This document shows, piece by piece, positions 22,444-33,856 of a DNA stretch of 64,000 bases. The stretch is taken from positions 64,001 to 128,000 of the forward strand of contig CAVZJB010000002.1 in the NCBI GenBank assembly GCA_963775425.1, written 5' to 3'. The first letter of the stretch is position 1. Each line of letters begins with the position of its first letter. Below the pieces are notes generated by a model, which worked only from the letters and a program-made list of their open reading frames with translations, was not told the origin of the DNA and made no database searches. A program made the position numbers and the translations under genes. The stretch is from an uncultured delta proteobacterium (GTDB lineage Bacteria; Myxococcota; UBA727; VGSZ01).

Positions 22444-22496
22444 GACTCTAGGTGGAAACCACGGCACAGCGCGCGTACGCTCGCGGTTGCGGCCCG

Positions 22497-22512
22497 TGGC
22501 ACATGGGTTGCG
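22497..22512 (+). promoter_or_regulatory. Sigma-54 (-24/-12) promoter
   Basis: TGGCACATGGGTTGCG matches TGGCAC-N5-TTGC with exact GG-N10-GC spacing, about 60 bp before ATG 22575. Confidence 0.8.
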
Positions 22513-22574
22513 AAGGCGAGGGCATCGCCGGGGCTTCGCCGGCGCAGCGAAACCACCAAGACAGGACGACCGCC

Positions 22575-23675
22575 ATGACCCCGCGCTTCATCCGCCTCGC
22601 TCTCGCCCCCCTCGCCCTGCCGCTCATCGGCGCGTTCGCCGGCTGCAACGGCGCCGTGCCGCGCGTCAGCGGCCACAACCTCGTCATCCCCGATCGCTCG
22701 CCCACGCGCCAGGTGCAGGCGCTGTCGTCGCCGTCCACCGACGACACCGAGTCCGGCTCCGGCAACGACGCCCAAGCCTACTGCCTCGACGGGCAGGCGG
22801 GCCCGTCCACCAACGATCCCGACGGCACCTTCACCTCGGAGTGGGACTGCGCCCCCGGCGGCGGCATCGCCAGCATCTCCAACGCCGGCTTCTCGGACCC
22901 CAACACCGGCGACGGCCACTACGACCAGACCACCGTCTTCGAGGACGGCACCCTCAACGTGTGGCACTTCACCTTCGACACGTCCGACGACTTCCTCTCC
23001 ACCACGTACACCGGCGTCAGCGACGACGGCACCGAGAGCTACGTCGGGACGTACACGTACTCGGCGGACCACCCGAACCAGTCGCAGATGCACGAAGAGT
23101 GGAACCTCCACGAGGGCACCTACGTCACCGACGGCCTCGTCTCCAACGACGGCACCTCCTTCGACGGCACCGAGACCTTCGATGACCCCGCCACCGACGC
23201 GAGCCCCGACTGGAGCCTCGACGAGGTCACCAACCCGGACGGCACCTTCTCGCAGGACGTGCACTTCGCCGGCGACGGCTTCGTCAGCGACTACACCTAC
23301 GCCGTCGACGCCGCCGGCGCCGCCGACTACAGCTTCGCCACGGACCTCACGGACACCGACGCCAACCCCGACTACGACGGCGCGTATCACTACGCCGCGG
23401 ACGGCTCCGGCGAGGGCGGCTACCGCCAGCTCTTCGACGACGGCTCCACCGACGACGTGCACGACGTGATCAACGCCGACGGAAGCGTCGACGAGTCCTG
23501 GAGCTTCGACGACGTGGCCACCGAGCAGAGCGTCGACCAGGAGGGCTCCATGCACTGGAACGTCGACGGCAGCGCCGACGGCACCGTCACCAACCACATC
23601 GTCGACGGCGGCGACCAGACCTGTGAGGTGCACATCGACGCCGACGGGTCGCAGACGGTGGACAACTGCGGCTGA
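22575..23675 (+). CDS. Highly acidic Asp/Thr/Gly-rich lipoprotein, predicted all-beta
   Basis: Lipobox AFAGC after a hydrophobic leader; repeated DGT/DGS turns; RBS AGGA. Confidence 0.8.
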   Translation: MTPRFIRLALAPLALPLIGAFAGCNGAVPRVSGHNLVIPDRSPTRQVQALSSPSTDDTESGSGNDAQAYCLDGQAGPSTNDPDGTFTSEWDCAPGGGIASISNAGFSDPNTGDGHYDQTTVFEDGTLNVWHFTFDTSDDFLSTTYTGVSDDGTESYVGTYTYSADHPNQSQMHEEWNLHEGTYVTDGLVSNDGTSFDGTETFDDPATDASPDWSLDEVTNPDGTFSQDVHFAGDGFVSDYTYAVDAAGAADYSFATDLTDTDANPDYDGAYHYAADGSGEGGYRQLFDDGSTDDVHDVINADGSVDESWSFDDVATEQSVDQEGSMHWNVDGSADGTVTNHIVDGGDQTCEVHIDADGSQTVDNCG

Positions 23676-23722
23676 CGACGTGACGCGACGCACGCGGCGT
23701 CGACGGAGACGCCGCGGATCGC

Positions 23723-23754
23723 GGCCGGCCCGGGTGGCCGGCCTCTTTCTTTTC
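23723..23754 (+). terminator. Intrinsic terminator
   Basis: GGCCGGCC-CGGGT-GGCCGGCC hairpin followed by TCTTTCTTTT. Confidence 0.7.
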
Positions 23755-23769
23755 GGGTATCGGCCGGCC

Positions 23770-24672
23770 ATGCGCCCACCTCTCGTCGCCGCCGTCGCCG
23801 TCGTGCTCGCGTTTCCGCTCGTCGGAGCGGGCTGCTTCGGGCGGGCCAACCCCCGCATCCAGAAGATGGTGCGCGAGCAGGGCGGGCAACGAACCACCAC
23901 GCAGTTTCGCTACGACGACAGCGGGCACCCGAGCGAGGTGTCGGTCGACTTCGGCGGCGTCACCGAGACGCTCACGCTCACCTTCGACGGCGGCCAGCTC
24001 GTGAAGCTCGACAACAAGCACCAGGCCGGCGGCGGCGCCACCGTCGACAAGACCAAGCTCGAGTACGACGGCGGCCGCCTGGTGAAGGCCAGCACCGACG
24101 TCGGCAACTCAGACCAGACCGTCACCACCACGGTCGACTACGACGACAGCGGGCGCGTCTCGCAGGTGGAGCGCACCAACGACTTCGGCGACGGCGCGGC
24201 GGTGGACACCACCACGTTCGACTACGGCGACAACGGCCTCGAGAGCTTCACCACCAAGAGCACCTTCTCTACGGCGGGGCAGGGCGGCGCCACCAGCAAG
24301 GTCACCACGGACATCACGTACAAGGACGGGCGCATCGACAAGCTCGACAGCGACAACGGCGAGAGCACGCAGACGGCGCGCGCCTCGTACGTCGACGGCG
24401 TGCTCGACACGGTCGAGGTCGAGGGCCAAAACGGCCGCTCCGCCAAGGCGTCGTACGACTACGAGGGCGGGCGCATCGTCGGCGTCACGCAGTCCGGTGA
24501 CAACGCCGAGGACATCAACTTCGCCATCGACTACGACGACGGCGACGCCGCCGACCTCGACATGGCCCCCAACGACGTCACGCTCGGCGGGCTGTGGGAC
24601 CTGCGCGGCGCCGCGTTCAACGGCTTCGACGCGCATTCGCAGGCCGCGCGCCTCGCGGGCGTGAGCTGGTGA
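23770..24672 (+). CDS. Lipoprotein with YD-like beta-hairpin repeats
   Basis: Lipobox GAGC; repeats FRYDDSG, LEYDGGRL, VDYDDSGR, ITYKDGRI, YDYEGGRI. Confidence 0.75.
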   Translation: MRPPLVAAVAVVLAFPLVGAGCFGRANPRIQKMVREQGGQRTTTQFRYDDSGHPSEVSVDFGGVTETLTLTFDGGQLVKLDNKHQAGGGATVDKTKLEYDGGRLVKASTDVGNSDQTVTTTVDYDDSGRVSQVERTNDFGDGAAVDTTTFDYGDNGLESFTTKSTFSTAGQGGATSKVTTDITYKDGRIDKLDSDNGESTQTARASYVDGVLDTVEVEGQNGRSAKASYDYEGGRIVGVTQSGDNAEDINFAIDYDDGDAADLDMAPNDVTLGGLWDLRGAAFNGFDAHSQAARLAGVSW

Positions 24673-25097
24673 AGCAGAGCGCCGGGCTCCTCCTGTGGCG
24701 CCGCGGCGACGGCGGCGGCCTCGAGGTGTTGCTCGTGCATCCGTCGGGCGCATACAACCGCAAGGCCCCTTGGAGCATCCCCAAGGGCGAGCCCAACCCG
24801 GGCGAGGAGCTCGAGCCGTGCGCGCGGCGCGAGGTCGCCGAGGAGACCGGCGTCGTCGTCACCGCGGCGGTCTCGCCGCTCGGGCACATCGACTACAAGA
24901 AGTCGCGCAAGCGCGTCTTCGCGTTTGCGGCGCCGCTGCCGCCCGAGCAGCTCCCGCGCTGCGCGCAGTGGGAGATCGACAAGGCCGAGGTCCTCTCCGC
25001 GGCGGAGGCGCTGCGGCTCATCCACCCAGACCAGGCTCCGTTCGTCGAGCGGCTCGAAGCGCTCCTCGCCGGCGGCGCATCCGGAGGCACGACATGA
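24669..25097 (+). CDS. NUDIX hydrolase
   Basis: SAGLLLWR..EVLLVHP..WSIPKGE..CARREVAEETG (Nudix box). Confidence 0.9.
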   Translation: MKQSAGLLLWRRGDGGGLEVLLVHPSGAYNRKAPWSIPKGEPNPGEELEPCARREVAEETGVVVTAAVSPLGHIDYKKSRKRVFAFAAPLPPEQLPRCAQWEIDKAEVLSAAEALRLIHPDQAPFVERLEALLAGGASGGTT

Positions 25098-25837
25098 GCG
25101 GCACTTCCATCACGCGCGACGGCGACGTCGCCGTGCTTCGGCTCGACGAGGGCCGCGGCAACGCGCTGTCGTCGTCGACCATCGAGGCCCTCGCGCGCGC
25201 GCTCGACGACGTCGAACAAAGCGGCGCGCGCGCGGTGATGCTCACCGGGCGCGGCAAGGTGTTCTCGGCGGGCCTCGACCTGCGCGCGTGCGCGCGCTTC
25301 AATCGTGCCGAGATGGTGCGCTACGTCGACGCGTTCGAGGCGCTGTTCGAGCGCGTGTTCTCGTACCGCCTGCCCATGGTGGCGGCGGTGAACGGCGCGG
25401 CCATCGCCGGCGGTGCGGTCATCGCGCTCGCCTGCGACCTGCGGGTGATGGCGCCGGGCGCGGTGCTCGGGCTCAACGAGGTGGAGCTCGGCCTGCCGTT
25501 TCCCTCCATGGCCCTCGAGATCGCCCGCTTCGGCGTGCCGCCGGCGTCGCACGCGGACGCGCTGCTGCTCGGGCGCACGTTCTCCGCCGCCGACGCCGTC
25601 GCGCGCGGCATCGCGCACGCCGAGGGCGGCGACGACGAAGCGCTCTCGCGCGCGCGTGAATTCCTGGCGCGCGGCACGGCCGCGGTGGGCACGGTGAAGC
25701 TCTCGCTGCGCGCGGGCGGCCTGTCGCGCGCGCGCCGCGAGGCCATCGCGAGCCGGCGCGCCTTCGTCGACGCGTTCTTCTCCGACGACGCCCAGGCGCG
25801 CATCCGCGGCGTGGTCGCCAAGCTCGAGAAGCGCTAG
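25094..25837 (+). CDS. Enoyl-CoA hydratase/isomerase family protein
   Basis: FSAGLDL, PMVAAVNGAAIAGG, LACDLRV, GLNEVELG. Confidence 0.9.
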   Translation: MSGTSITRDGDVAVLRLDEGRGNALSSSTIEALARALDDVEQSGARAVMLTGRGKVFSAGLDLRACARFNRAEMVRYVDAFEALFERVFSYRLPMVAAVNGAAIAGGAVIALACDLRVMAPGAVLGLNEVELGLPFPSMALEIARFGVPPASHADALLLGRTFSAADAVARGIAHAEGGDDEALSRAREFLARGTAAVGTVKLSLRAGGLSRARREAIASRRAFVDAFFSDDAQARIRGVVAKLEKR

Positions 25838-25914
25838 CGCTGGATCGGTGTTCTACGGGCCGGGGACCACGCCGCAGGCCGCGCCGGTCGCGGCGGAAGA
25901 GACCACGGCGGCGC

Positions 25915-25956
25915 CGGGGACGAACGCGCCGGCGTCGCCCGACGCGTTCGTCCCCG
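25915..25956. other. Intergenic 14-bp inverted repeat between convergent genes
   Basis: CGGGGACGAACGCG...CGCGTTCGTCCCCG; no U-tract. Confidence 0.6.
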
Positions 25957-26048
25957 CGATGCACACGCGCGGTGCGGTGATGTCGCCGTCGGCACGTGTT
26001 GGGGTCTACGATGTCTGTATCGGCGCGCGGGCGCGAATGTTCACGTCG

Positions 26049-26927
26049 TCAAGACGCGCGCGATGTCTCCCACATCTTCGTCGCGCGCGCGGTGAGCACG
26101 AGATACGGCGGCGCGAACGCCACCGCGTACGCGCAGAGCCTGACGTCGTCGCGCGCGTACAGCGCGAGGAGGACGAAGAAGAACGCGGCCGCCGGCGCGC
26201 GCAGGAGCAGGTCGTCGAGGCGCAGCCGCACGGGGCCGCGCGCGGCGGCGACGGCGAGGCCGGCCGACAGGAGCCAGGCGACGACGACGAAGGGCGTGGC
26301 GTCGACGCCGCGCGGCAACCAGCGCAGCGCCAGCCACCACGACGCGAGCAGGAGCGCGTGCGCGGCGAGGGGGCCGGCGACGACGACGCCGAGGTCGCGG
26401 ACGACGGCGCGGCGCGGTTGGGCGCGTGTCCGCTCGAGGAGCAGCGCGGCGCCGAGCGTGAAGAAGCCCCAGCCGAGCACGCCGACGACCGGGACGTGGA
26501 AGGGCCCGGGCTCCGTCCATGACCACAGGCCGCTCTTCACGGCGATGGGCTCGATGAGCGAGGCGTCGGCGATGACGAGGAGCATCGCCGTGAACGCCGT
26601 AAGGGCCGGCCCGCGCTTCGCGCGCGGGCGCGCACGAACGAGGGCGCGCGCGAGATCGAGCGCCGACAGCACCACCACGGGCCAGATGCACACGATGGCC
26701 AGCGGCACGCGGTCGAGGAACGCCGACCACCCCGGCGCGTAGCCGTAGAAGTCGTAGAGCCGGATGGACGTCTCCTCGCCGATCCACGCGGCCGCCGCCA
26801 CCGCCGCCAACCGGGCCGCGAACGCCGCGCGCGCGCCGGGGGCCTCGCGCCGGACGCGCATCACCACCCACGTCGCCACGATGACGGCGCACGCGGGCTC
26901 GAGCGCGCCGCTCGACAGCGCGCTCAC
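26049..26927 (-). CDS. Carotenoid biosynthesis (CruF/DUF422-like) membrane protein
   Basis: Multi-TM; GEETSI..YGY..VPLAIVCIW..D..IEPIAVKSGLWSW..VPVVGVLGW pattern. Confidence 0.65.
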   Translation of the reverse strand: MSALSSGALEPACAVIVATWVVMRVRREAPGARAAFAARLAAVAAAAWIGEETSIRLYDFYGYAPGWSAFLDRVPLAIVCIWPVVVLSALDLARALVRARPRAKRGPALTAFTAMLLVIADASLIEPIAVKSGLWSWTEPGPFHVPVVGVLGWGFFTLGAALLLERTRAQPRRAVVRDLGVVVAGPLAAHALLLASWWLALRWLPRGVDATPFVVVAWLLSAGLAVAAARGPVRLRLDDLLLRAPAAAFFFVLLALYARDDVRLCAYAVAFAPPYLVLTARATKMWETSRAS

Positions 26928-26949
26928 GCCCGCCCCCGCGCCGCGGGGA

Positions 26950-27885
26950 TCACGCGCCGCTCCCGGGCAGCCCGAGCGCTTCCCACACGTGGTAGCCCGC
27001 GAGCAGCAGCACCCCGGCCCACGTCACCGCGATGCAGTCGCGCGTGGTGATGGGCGGGCGGCGGCGGATGCGCCACAGGAACGCGAGCTGCACGAGCGGC
27101 GCGGCGCCCATCACCGCCACGCGCCACGGCAAGACGCCCGCGACGTACGCGCCCGCGTCGACGACGAACGACGCGATCATCAAGCCGGCGGCGACGCGCC
27201 AGCCGGTTTCGACGCCGAAGAGCACCGGCCACGTGTGCACGTCGGCGAGGCGATCGCCCTCGACGTCGCGGAGGTCGTAGAGCACCTCGTACGACAGCTC
27301 GAACAAGAAGAAGAACAGCGCCGCCGCCGCCACAGTACCCACGGTGACGTCGGCGCGCCGCGAAAACACCGCGAGCGGGTAGCAGAACACCGTGAGGAGA
27401 AAGCCCGTGGCGCTGGCGCTGTTCTTCCAGAACGCGAGCTGCTTGATGCGCCGCCGCCCGGGCAAGAGCGGCCAGTTGTAGGCGAAGCCGAGGGCGTGAA
27501 AGGCGACGCGGAACGGCAGCAGCACCGGCGCCACCGCCGCCGTGGCCGCGAACGACGCCGCGAGCGCGCCGAAGCCCACGGCGAGCACCAGGCGCTTGTG
27601 GCGCGCCACGAGCTCGGTGCCGGCGATGGCGTTGGCGGCGTCCTCTTGGAGGTCCACCACGCGGTTCAGCAGGTTGACGACGAACCAGTCGCAGGCGGAG
27701 ACCGCGGCGAGCGCCAGGGCGGCGGCGGACGTGGGGCGGGCGCCGCAGAGCGCGAAGGCGAAGGTGAGCGTGCCCATGGCGCCGATGGCCACGATGTGGA
27801 TCCGCGCGATCGACAAGGCCGCTCCGACCGCGCTTGTTCGCGGCTCTCCGGGCCCGAGAGGCGCGCTGCGAGGGGCGATCTCCAC
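26950..27885 (-). CDS. UbiA-family prenyltransferase
   Basis: Multi-TM; NRVVDLQED (NxxxDxxxD) and YDLRDVEGD..TWPVLFG motifs; YN..P..RIKQ..KN. Confidence 0.82.
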   Translation of the reverse strand: MEIAPRSAPLGPGEPRTSAVGAALSIARIHIVAIGAMGTLTFAFALCGARPTSAAALALAAVSACDWFVVNLLNRVVDLQEDAANAIAGTELVARHKRLVLAVGFGALAASFAATAAVAPVLLPFRVAFHALGFAYNWPLLPGRRRIKQLAFWKNSASATGFLLTVFCYPLAVFSRRADVTVGTVAAAALFFFLFELSYEVLYDLRDVEGDRLADVHTWPVLFGVETGWRVAAGLMIASFVVDAGAYVAGVLPWRVAVMGAAPLVQLAFLWRIRRRPPITTRDCIAVTWAGVLLLAGYHVWEALGLPGSGA

Positions 27886-28002
27886 GGCGCGGAGGCTACA
27901 CCGATGATTTCTCCGCGCGGGATCGGTCTCGATGGGTGACTCGCTGAACGACCGACACCCGCGGCGCTTCGACCGACGCGCCGCAGCACAAGGAGAGACC
28001 CC

Positions 28003-28674
28003 ATGGACCTGCCCGTCATGCTCACCGTCCGCGGCACCCGCACCCCACGCTCCGTCGAGGAGGCCCGCGCGCTCCACAACACCACCGCCGGCTCCCCCCA
28101 GGGGATCGAGGGCGCACGATCGTTGAGCGACATCAGCCACTGCGTCTTCCTCCCCGCCGCCGGCGCCGGGAAGCTCACGGGGGCGAAGCCCGAGGAGATG
28201 CTGTTCATCGACTACTGGACGGACCCCGCCGGGCTGCAGCGCTTCTTTTCGAACCCGCAGGTGGTGGAGCAGGGCGCCAAGCTCTTCTCCGACAAGGACG
28301 CGGCGGTGTGGATGCCCGCGCGGGGCGCCTTCGCGTTCCGCGTGCCGCCGACGTCGGGGAAGCGCCCGGCGTTCGTGGGTCTGTTGCGCGCGCCGGTGAA
28401 GTCGCCGGAGGCGGCGATCGAGGCCTTCGCGGCGGTGCAGGGAAAGGGGCTGCAGGCGAACCGCCGCCGCGGCCAGCTCTCGCACGAGCTGTACGTGAAG
28501 CTCGGCGCGCCCGACGAGCCCGTCGAGGTCATCGGCGTCGACACGTGGTCGAGCCTCGAGGGCCTCGTCGAGGCCTACGCCGACCCGCGCGAGATGGCGC
28601 CGCTGATGGCGGCGTTCGCGGGGGCGCCGGCGGCGTCGGTGTGGGAGCAGGCCACGGGCTTCAACGAGTGGTGA
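28003..28674 (+). CDS. Hypothetical protein, probable tandem ABM-like (dimeric alpha/beta barrel) domains
   Basis: RBS AAGGAG; internal duplication EMLFIDYWTDPAGLQRFFSNP / EVIGVDTWSSLEGLVEAYADP. Confidence 0.7.
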   Translation: MDLPVMLTVRGTRTPRSVEEARALHNTTAGSPQGIEGARSLSDISHCVFLPAAGAGKLTGAKPEEMLFIDYWTDPAGLQRFFSNPQVVEQGAKLFSDKDAAVWMPARGAFAFRVPPTSGKRPAFVGLLRAPVKSPEAAIEAFAAVQGKGLQANRRRGQLSHELYVKLGAPDEPVEVIGVDTWSSLEGLVEAYADPREMAPLMAAFAGAPAASVWEQATGFNEW

Positions 28675-28888
28675 CGGCTCAGGGGCGCGCGGTGGCCCAC
28701 GAGGGGTCGCCGCGCGGTCGACGAGGCCGCTTCGCCTTGCGCCGGTGCGGGAGGGCACGCGGCGAAGAAGGGACGGCGAAGGCGAAGGCGAAAAAGGCGA
28801 CGCGCACCTCTTGAGTGTCCGCCCCGCAGGGAGACCGCTCAAGCGGTGCGCGTCACCAGAATCCGCCGGTGTGACGACGGTGTCGCGA

Positions 28889-30346
<1,458 letters not shown>

Positions 30347-30351
30347 CGTGT

Positions 30352-31317
30352 CTATCCTCTCTGACCGACTGCGATCTGCAGCGGCTTGTCGTGTGAACCG
30401 GGAACGGGGTGGAGTGCGACGACGTCGAGGCCGGCACCCTCGATGAGCGCCCTCAGGCGCGCGGGATCGAAGCCGAGCCAGACGTCGCCTTGCTCGCGCA
30501 TGCTCTCGTCGTCGTGCGGGAGGTAATCGAGCACGGCGAGGTGTCCGCCGCGCTTCAACAGCGCTGCTGCCGCGGCGAGCGCGTCCTGCGGGCGGGCCGC
30601 GTGGTGGAGCACGCGCGCCATGGTGACGATGTCGGCGCCGCCCTTGCGCTTGACGTCCTCGAAGACGGCGGCGTCGTCGACGTCGCCCTCGAGGAGGCGC
30701 ACGTTGGCCAGGCCGAGGGTGGCGACGCGCTCGGCGCATCGGGCGAGCCGCGCGGCGCTGCGGTCGACGGCGACGACGCGCTCGTAGAGGGGCGCGAGCA
30801 GGGGCACGAGCGCGCCCTCCCCGGTGCCGACGTCGACGGCGAGCGCGCGGCCGGGCAGGAGCGGCGCGACCATGGGCAGGAGCGCGAGCGCCTCGCTCGC
30901 GAACGCGCCTCCGGGCACGGCGGGGCGCGCGGCGCCGTCGCCGTCGGCCCCGGCGGCGTCGTCGAAGAAGCGGCGCGCGTGCTCCTCACGCTGGCGCACG
31001 ACCACGGGGATGCGCGCGAGGCTGCCGTCGCGGACGCACAGGGCGCGGCCCTCGGCGAGGGCGGCGTCGACGACGGGGTCGGCGGCGGCGACGGCGGCGG
31101 ACAGGAGCGTGCGCGTGCCGTCCTTGCGCGCGTGCAGCAGCCCGGCCTCGCGCAGCGGCTGCGACTTCTTGGTGACCTGCGGCTGGCTCTCGTCGAGGAG
31201 CCCCGCGAGCTCGCCGACGGTCAGCTCCTCCTCGGCGCACAGCGCGAGGAGCCGCAGGCGATCGACGTCGCCCAGCAGGCGAAAGAGCTCCACGCGGGGG
31301 GCGGCGGCGGCGACCAC
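30352..31317 (-). CDS. sahR: ArsR-HTH plus SAM-binding regulator (SahR-like)
   Basis: N-terminal ArsR HTH ([24 protein letters not shown]), [22 protein letters not shown]; lies directly upstream of ahcY. Confidence 0.82.
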   Translation of the reverse strand: MVAAAAPRVELFRLLGDVDRLRLLALCAEEELTVGELAGLLDESQPQVTKKSQPLREAGLLHARKDGTRTLLSAAVAAADPVVDAALAEGRALCVRDGSLARIPVVVRQREEHARRFFDDAAGADGDGAARPAVPGGAFASEALALLPMVAPLLPGRALAVDVGTGEGALVPLLAPLYERVVAVDRSAARLARCAERVATLGLANVRLLEGDVDDAAVFEDVKRKGGADIVTMARVLHHAARPQDALAAAAALLKRGGHLAVLDYLPHDDESMREQGDVWLGFDPARLRALIEGAGLDVVALHPVPGSHDKPLQIAVGQRG

Positions 31318-31335
31318 GGCCCCACTCTATTCCTC

Positions 31336-31361
31336 CATTGGAATATTGGCAAGTATCAATG
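31336..31361. promoter_or_regulatory. AT-rich palindromic candidate SahR operator in the sahR promoter region
   Basis: CATTGGAATATTGGCAAGTATCAATG (ATTG-N8-CAAT), immediately upstream of TAGAGT-N6-GTG. Confidence 0.45.
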
Positions 31362-31394
31362 AAACGGCATCTCAACGCCGTTTCCCGGCGGCCG

Positions 31395-31646
31395 CTACGA
31401 GCGCCGGGCGAGCCCGAGGACCAACATCAAGAGCACGGCGCCGATCACGCTGCCGATGAAGCCGGCGGTGTGCAGCGAGAACAGTTGCACGCCGTAGACG
31501 AGGTTGCCGAGGAGCCCGCCGACGAAGGAGCCGCCGATGCCGACGAGCGTGGTGAGGATGAATCCGAGCTTCTGCGGCCCCGGGATGACCGCTCGCGCGA
31601 CAAGCCCGACGATGAAGCCGAAGAGGATCCAGGCGATGATTCCCAT
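31395..31646 (-). CDS. GlsB/YeaQ/YmgE (transglycosylase-associated) membrane protein
   Basis: MGIIAWILFGFIVGLVARAVIPG..GIGGSFVGG..GSVIGAVLL; RBS GGAGG. Confidence 0.92.
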   Translation of the reverse strand: MGIIAWILFGFIVGLVARAVIPGPQKLGFILTTLVGIGGSFVGGLLGNLVYGVQLFSLHTAGFIGSVIGAVLLMLVLGLARRS

Positions 31647-31744
31647 GGGAGACCTCCATGGGAAACATCACGTCGCGCGGGGCGGGGGACAAGCGTCCGG
31701 ATCAAGCGCCGCCGCTCCCCCCGGTCGCTGATCAAGCGGCGCGG

Positions 31745-33037
31745 CTACTTGACGAAGGGGCCCCACGCCGGGCTCGAGTGCTCGCCGGCGCCGGTCACCA
31801 CCGTCTGCGTGGTGCCGTCGAGGTTGCTCACGACGAGCTGGCGCGAGCCGTTGCGCGTGGTGGAGAACACCAGCATGCGGCCGTTGGGCGAAAACGAGGG
31901 CTCTTCGTTGCTGCCCTGGTCCTGCGTCACGCGCTTGATCTGGTTGCTGCGCAGGTCGAGGACGAAGATGTCGAAGACGTTGCGCTCGTCGCGCGCGGTG
32001 AACGCGATGTGCGTGCCGCGCGGCGAGTACGAGGGCGTCTGGTTGTAGGTGCCCTGGAACGTCAGGCGCTTGGGCTCACCACCCGTGGCGCTCATCAGGT
32101 AGAGCTGCGGGTTGCCGGCGCGCGACGAGACGAACGCGATCTGCTTGCCGTCGGGGCTCCACGACGGCGACGTGTCGATGCCCCACGACGACGTCAACCG
32201 CTTGATGGGGGTGCCGCTGCGGTCGAGCAGATACACCTCGGAGTTGCCGTCCTGCGAGAGCGTCAGCGCGATGCGCGAGCCGTCGGGAGACATGCGGCCG
32301 CCGGTGTTCAGGCCGGGCCGCGACGAGATGCGCTTCAGCGAGTGATCGCTGAGCGAGATCTCGAAGAGGTCCGGGTTGTCCATGCGGTACGACGTGAACA
32401 GCAGGCTGCGCCCGTCGGGCGAAAACGACGGGAGCAGGTTGAGCCCGCCGCCGTGCGTGACCTGCGCGGCGCCGTGGCCGTCCATGTCCATCACGAAGAC
32501 CTGCTTCTCGCCGCCCACCTTCTGCACGTAGGCGATCTTGGTGCGGAACACGCCCGGCTCGCCGGTGAAGTAACGGAAGATCTCGTCGCTGATGGTGTGC
32601 GCGAGCAGCCTCACGTCTTCCTTGGTGCCGCCCAGGCTCTTGGTGAGCCCCTCCTTGGCCGACGCCACCTCGAAGCCGTGCAGCTCCACGGTGAGCTTGC
32701 CGTCGTTCTTCACCTGGCCCTTCACCAACCCCGCCGCGCCGACGTTCAGCCAGTCGGGGAATTTCACCGTAGACTGCGTGATGCCGTCGGTGTCGATGAA
32801 GCTCTTGGGGTCGAGCACGTGGAACGCCCCGCATAACGTGAGGTCGTCGCGCACGATCTTGGTGATCTCGGCGGCGACGGCCTTGTCCTTGGCGGCGCCG
32901 GCCGCGACGCGCAGCTCGGGCACGGCGATGGGGAACGGGCGGAACTCGCCGCCTTCGACGTCACCGATGATCGGACCGCCCTGCGCGTGCACGGCACCGG
33001 ACAAGAGGAGGGCGGCAAAAACGGAGAGACGGATCAT
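31745..33037 (-). CDS. tolB: Tol-Pal beta-propeller protein TolB
   Basis: Signal peptide, PIAVP, FTGEPGVFRTKIAYV, PD40 repeats (SPDG, WSPDGKQIAFVSSRAG). Confidence 0.92.
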   Translation of the reverse strand: MIRLSVFAALLLSGAVHAQGGPIIGDVEGGEFRPFPIAVPELRVAAGAAKDKAVAAEITKIVRDDLTLCGAFHVLDPKSFIDTDGITQSTVKFPDWLNVGAAGLVKGQVKNDGKLTVELHGFEVASAKEGLTKSLGGTKEDVRLLAHTISDEIFRYFTGEPGVFRTKIAYVQKVGGEKQVFVMDMDGHGAAQVTHGGGLNLLPSFSPDGRSLLFTSYRMDNPDLFEISLSDHSLKRISSRPGLNTGGRMSPDGSRIALTLSQDGNSEVYLLDRSGTPIKRLTSSWGIDTSPSWSPDGKQIAFVSSRAGNPQLYLMSATGGEPKRLTFQGTYNQTPSYSPRGTHIAFTARDERNVFDIFVLDLRSNQIKRVTQDQGSNEEPSFSPNGRMLVFSTTRNGSRQLVVSNLDGTTQTVVTGAGEHSSPAWGPFVK

Positions 33038-33073
33038 GGGACCTCGATGCACGGCCGCGCGAGCGGTCGCGCG

Positions 33074-33856
33074 TCAATTACAACTGACGGGACAGAAATT
33101 GATGCCGACGCCGGCCTCGACGAGGTCGCGCACCGGGGGCGGCGGCGCCGGCACCGGGGAGCTGCGCTTGGCCGCGGTGATGACGTCGTTGTCGAAGATG
33201 CTGTTGCCCGACGACTTGGCGATCTTGGCGTCGAGGACCTCGCCGTCGGCGCCGACCTTGATGCTGAGCGTGGCCTTCAAGCGGATGCGCTCTTCGTCGG
33301 TGATGGTGTTGCTCACTTCCATGTGCCTGCGGATGTGCGCGATGAGCGAGGTGAAGTAGGTCTTCTTGATCTCGCCGTCGAGGGCGGAGCCGTCCTTGTC
33401 GCCGTCCTTCTTGCCCTCGTCCGTGGCCTCGCCGATGCGATCCTTGATGATGTCGGTGACGCTCTTTTCTTCGTTCTTCTTCTCGAAGTCCTTGAGGATG
33501 TCGGCCGCGGTGGGCTTGTCCTTGGCGTCGGGCTTCTCCTGGTCGGGCTTCTTCTTTTCGTCCTGCGGCTTGGCCCGCTTGTGCTTGGGCGGCGGCGGCG
33601 GCGCGGCGTCGATGCGCGGGAGCCAATCGGGCGGTCGTTCTTTGCCGAGCTTGACCAGGCGCGTCTTCACGATGGCCTGGTCGAGGTCGACCGCGGGCTT
33701 GGCGCGCGAGGGCGCGAAGATCCAGCCGGCGACCAGGCCGATGTGCAGGCCCAGGCTCAGCCCGCAAAACACCAGGAGCAGCCGCCGCTGGCGCGCGCGC
33801 CGGCTCTCCAGGGAGGCGACGCTCGTCGGGGGCAGGGTGCCCGGGACCTCACTCAC
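33074..33856 (-). CDS. tolA: TolA/TonB-like protein (TM with SxxLH, Pro/Lys-rich linker, TonB_C domain)
   Basis: SLGLHIGL; C-terminal SSGNSIFDNDVITAAKRSSPVPAPP; located between tolR and tolB. Confidence 0.8.
   Translation of the reverse strand: MSEVPGTLPPTSVASLESRRARQRRLLLVFCGLSLGLHIGLVAGWIFAPSRAKPAVDLDQAIVKTRLVKLGKERPPDWLPRIDAAPPPPPKHKRAKPQDEKKKPDQEKPDAKDKPTAADILKDFEKKNEEKSVTDIIKDRIGEATDEGKKDGDKDGSALDGEIKKTYFTSLIAHIRRHMEVSNTITDEERIRLKATLSIKVGADGEVLDAKIAKSSGNSIFDNDVITAAKRSSPVPAPPPPVRDLVEAGVGINFCPVSCN

Noticed and set aside
31318-31338. ATG GAG GAA TAG in frame with sahR, suggesting amber readthrough
   Set aside because: The TAG is better explained as part of a TAGAGT -10 box 6 nt before the GTG start.
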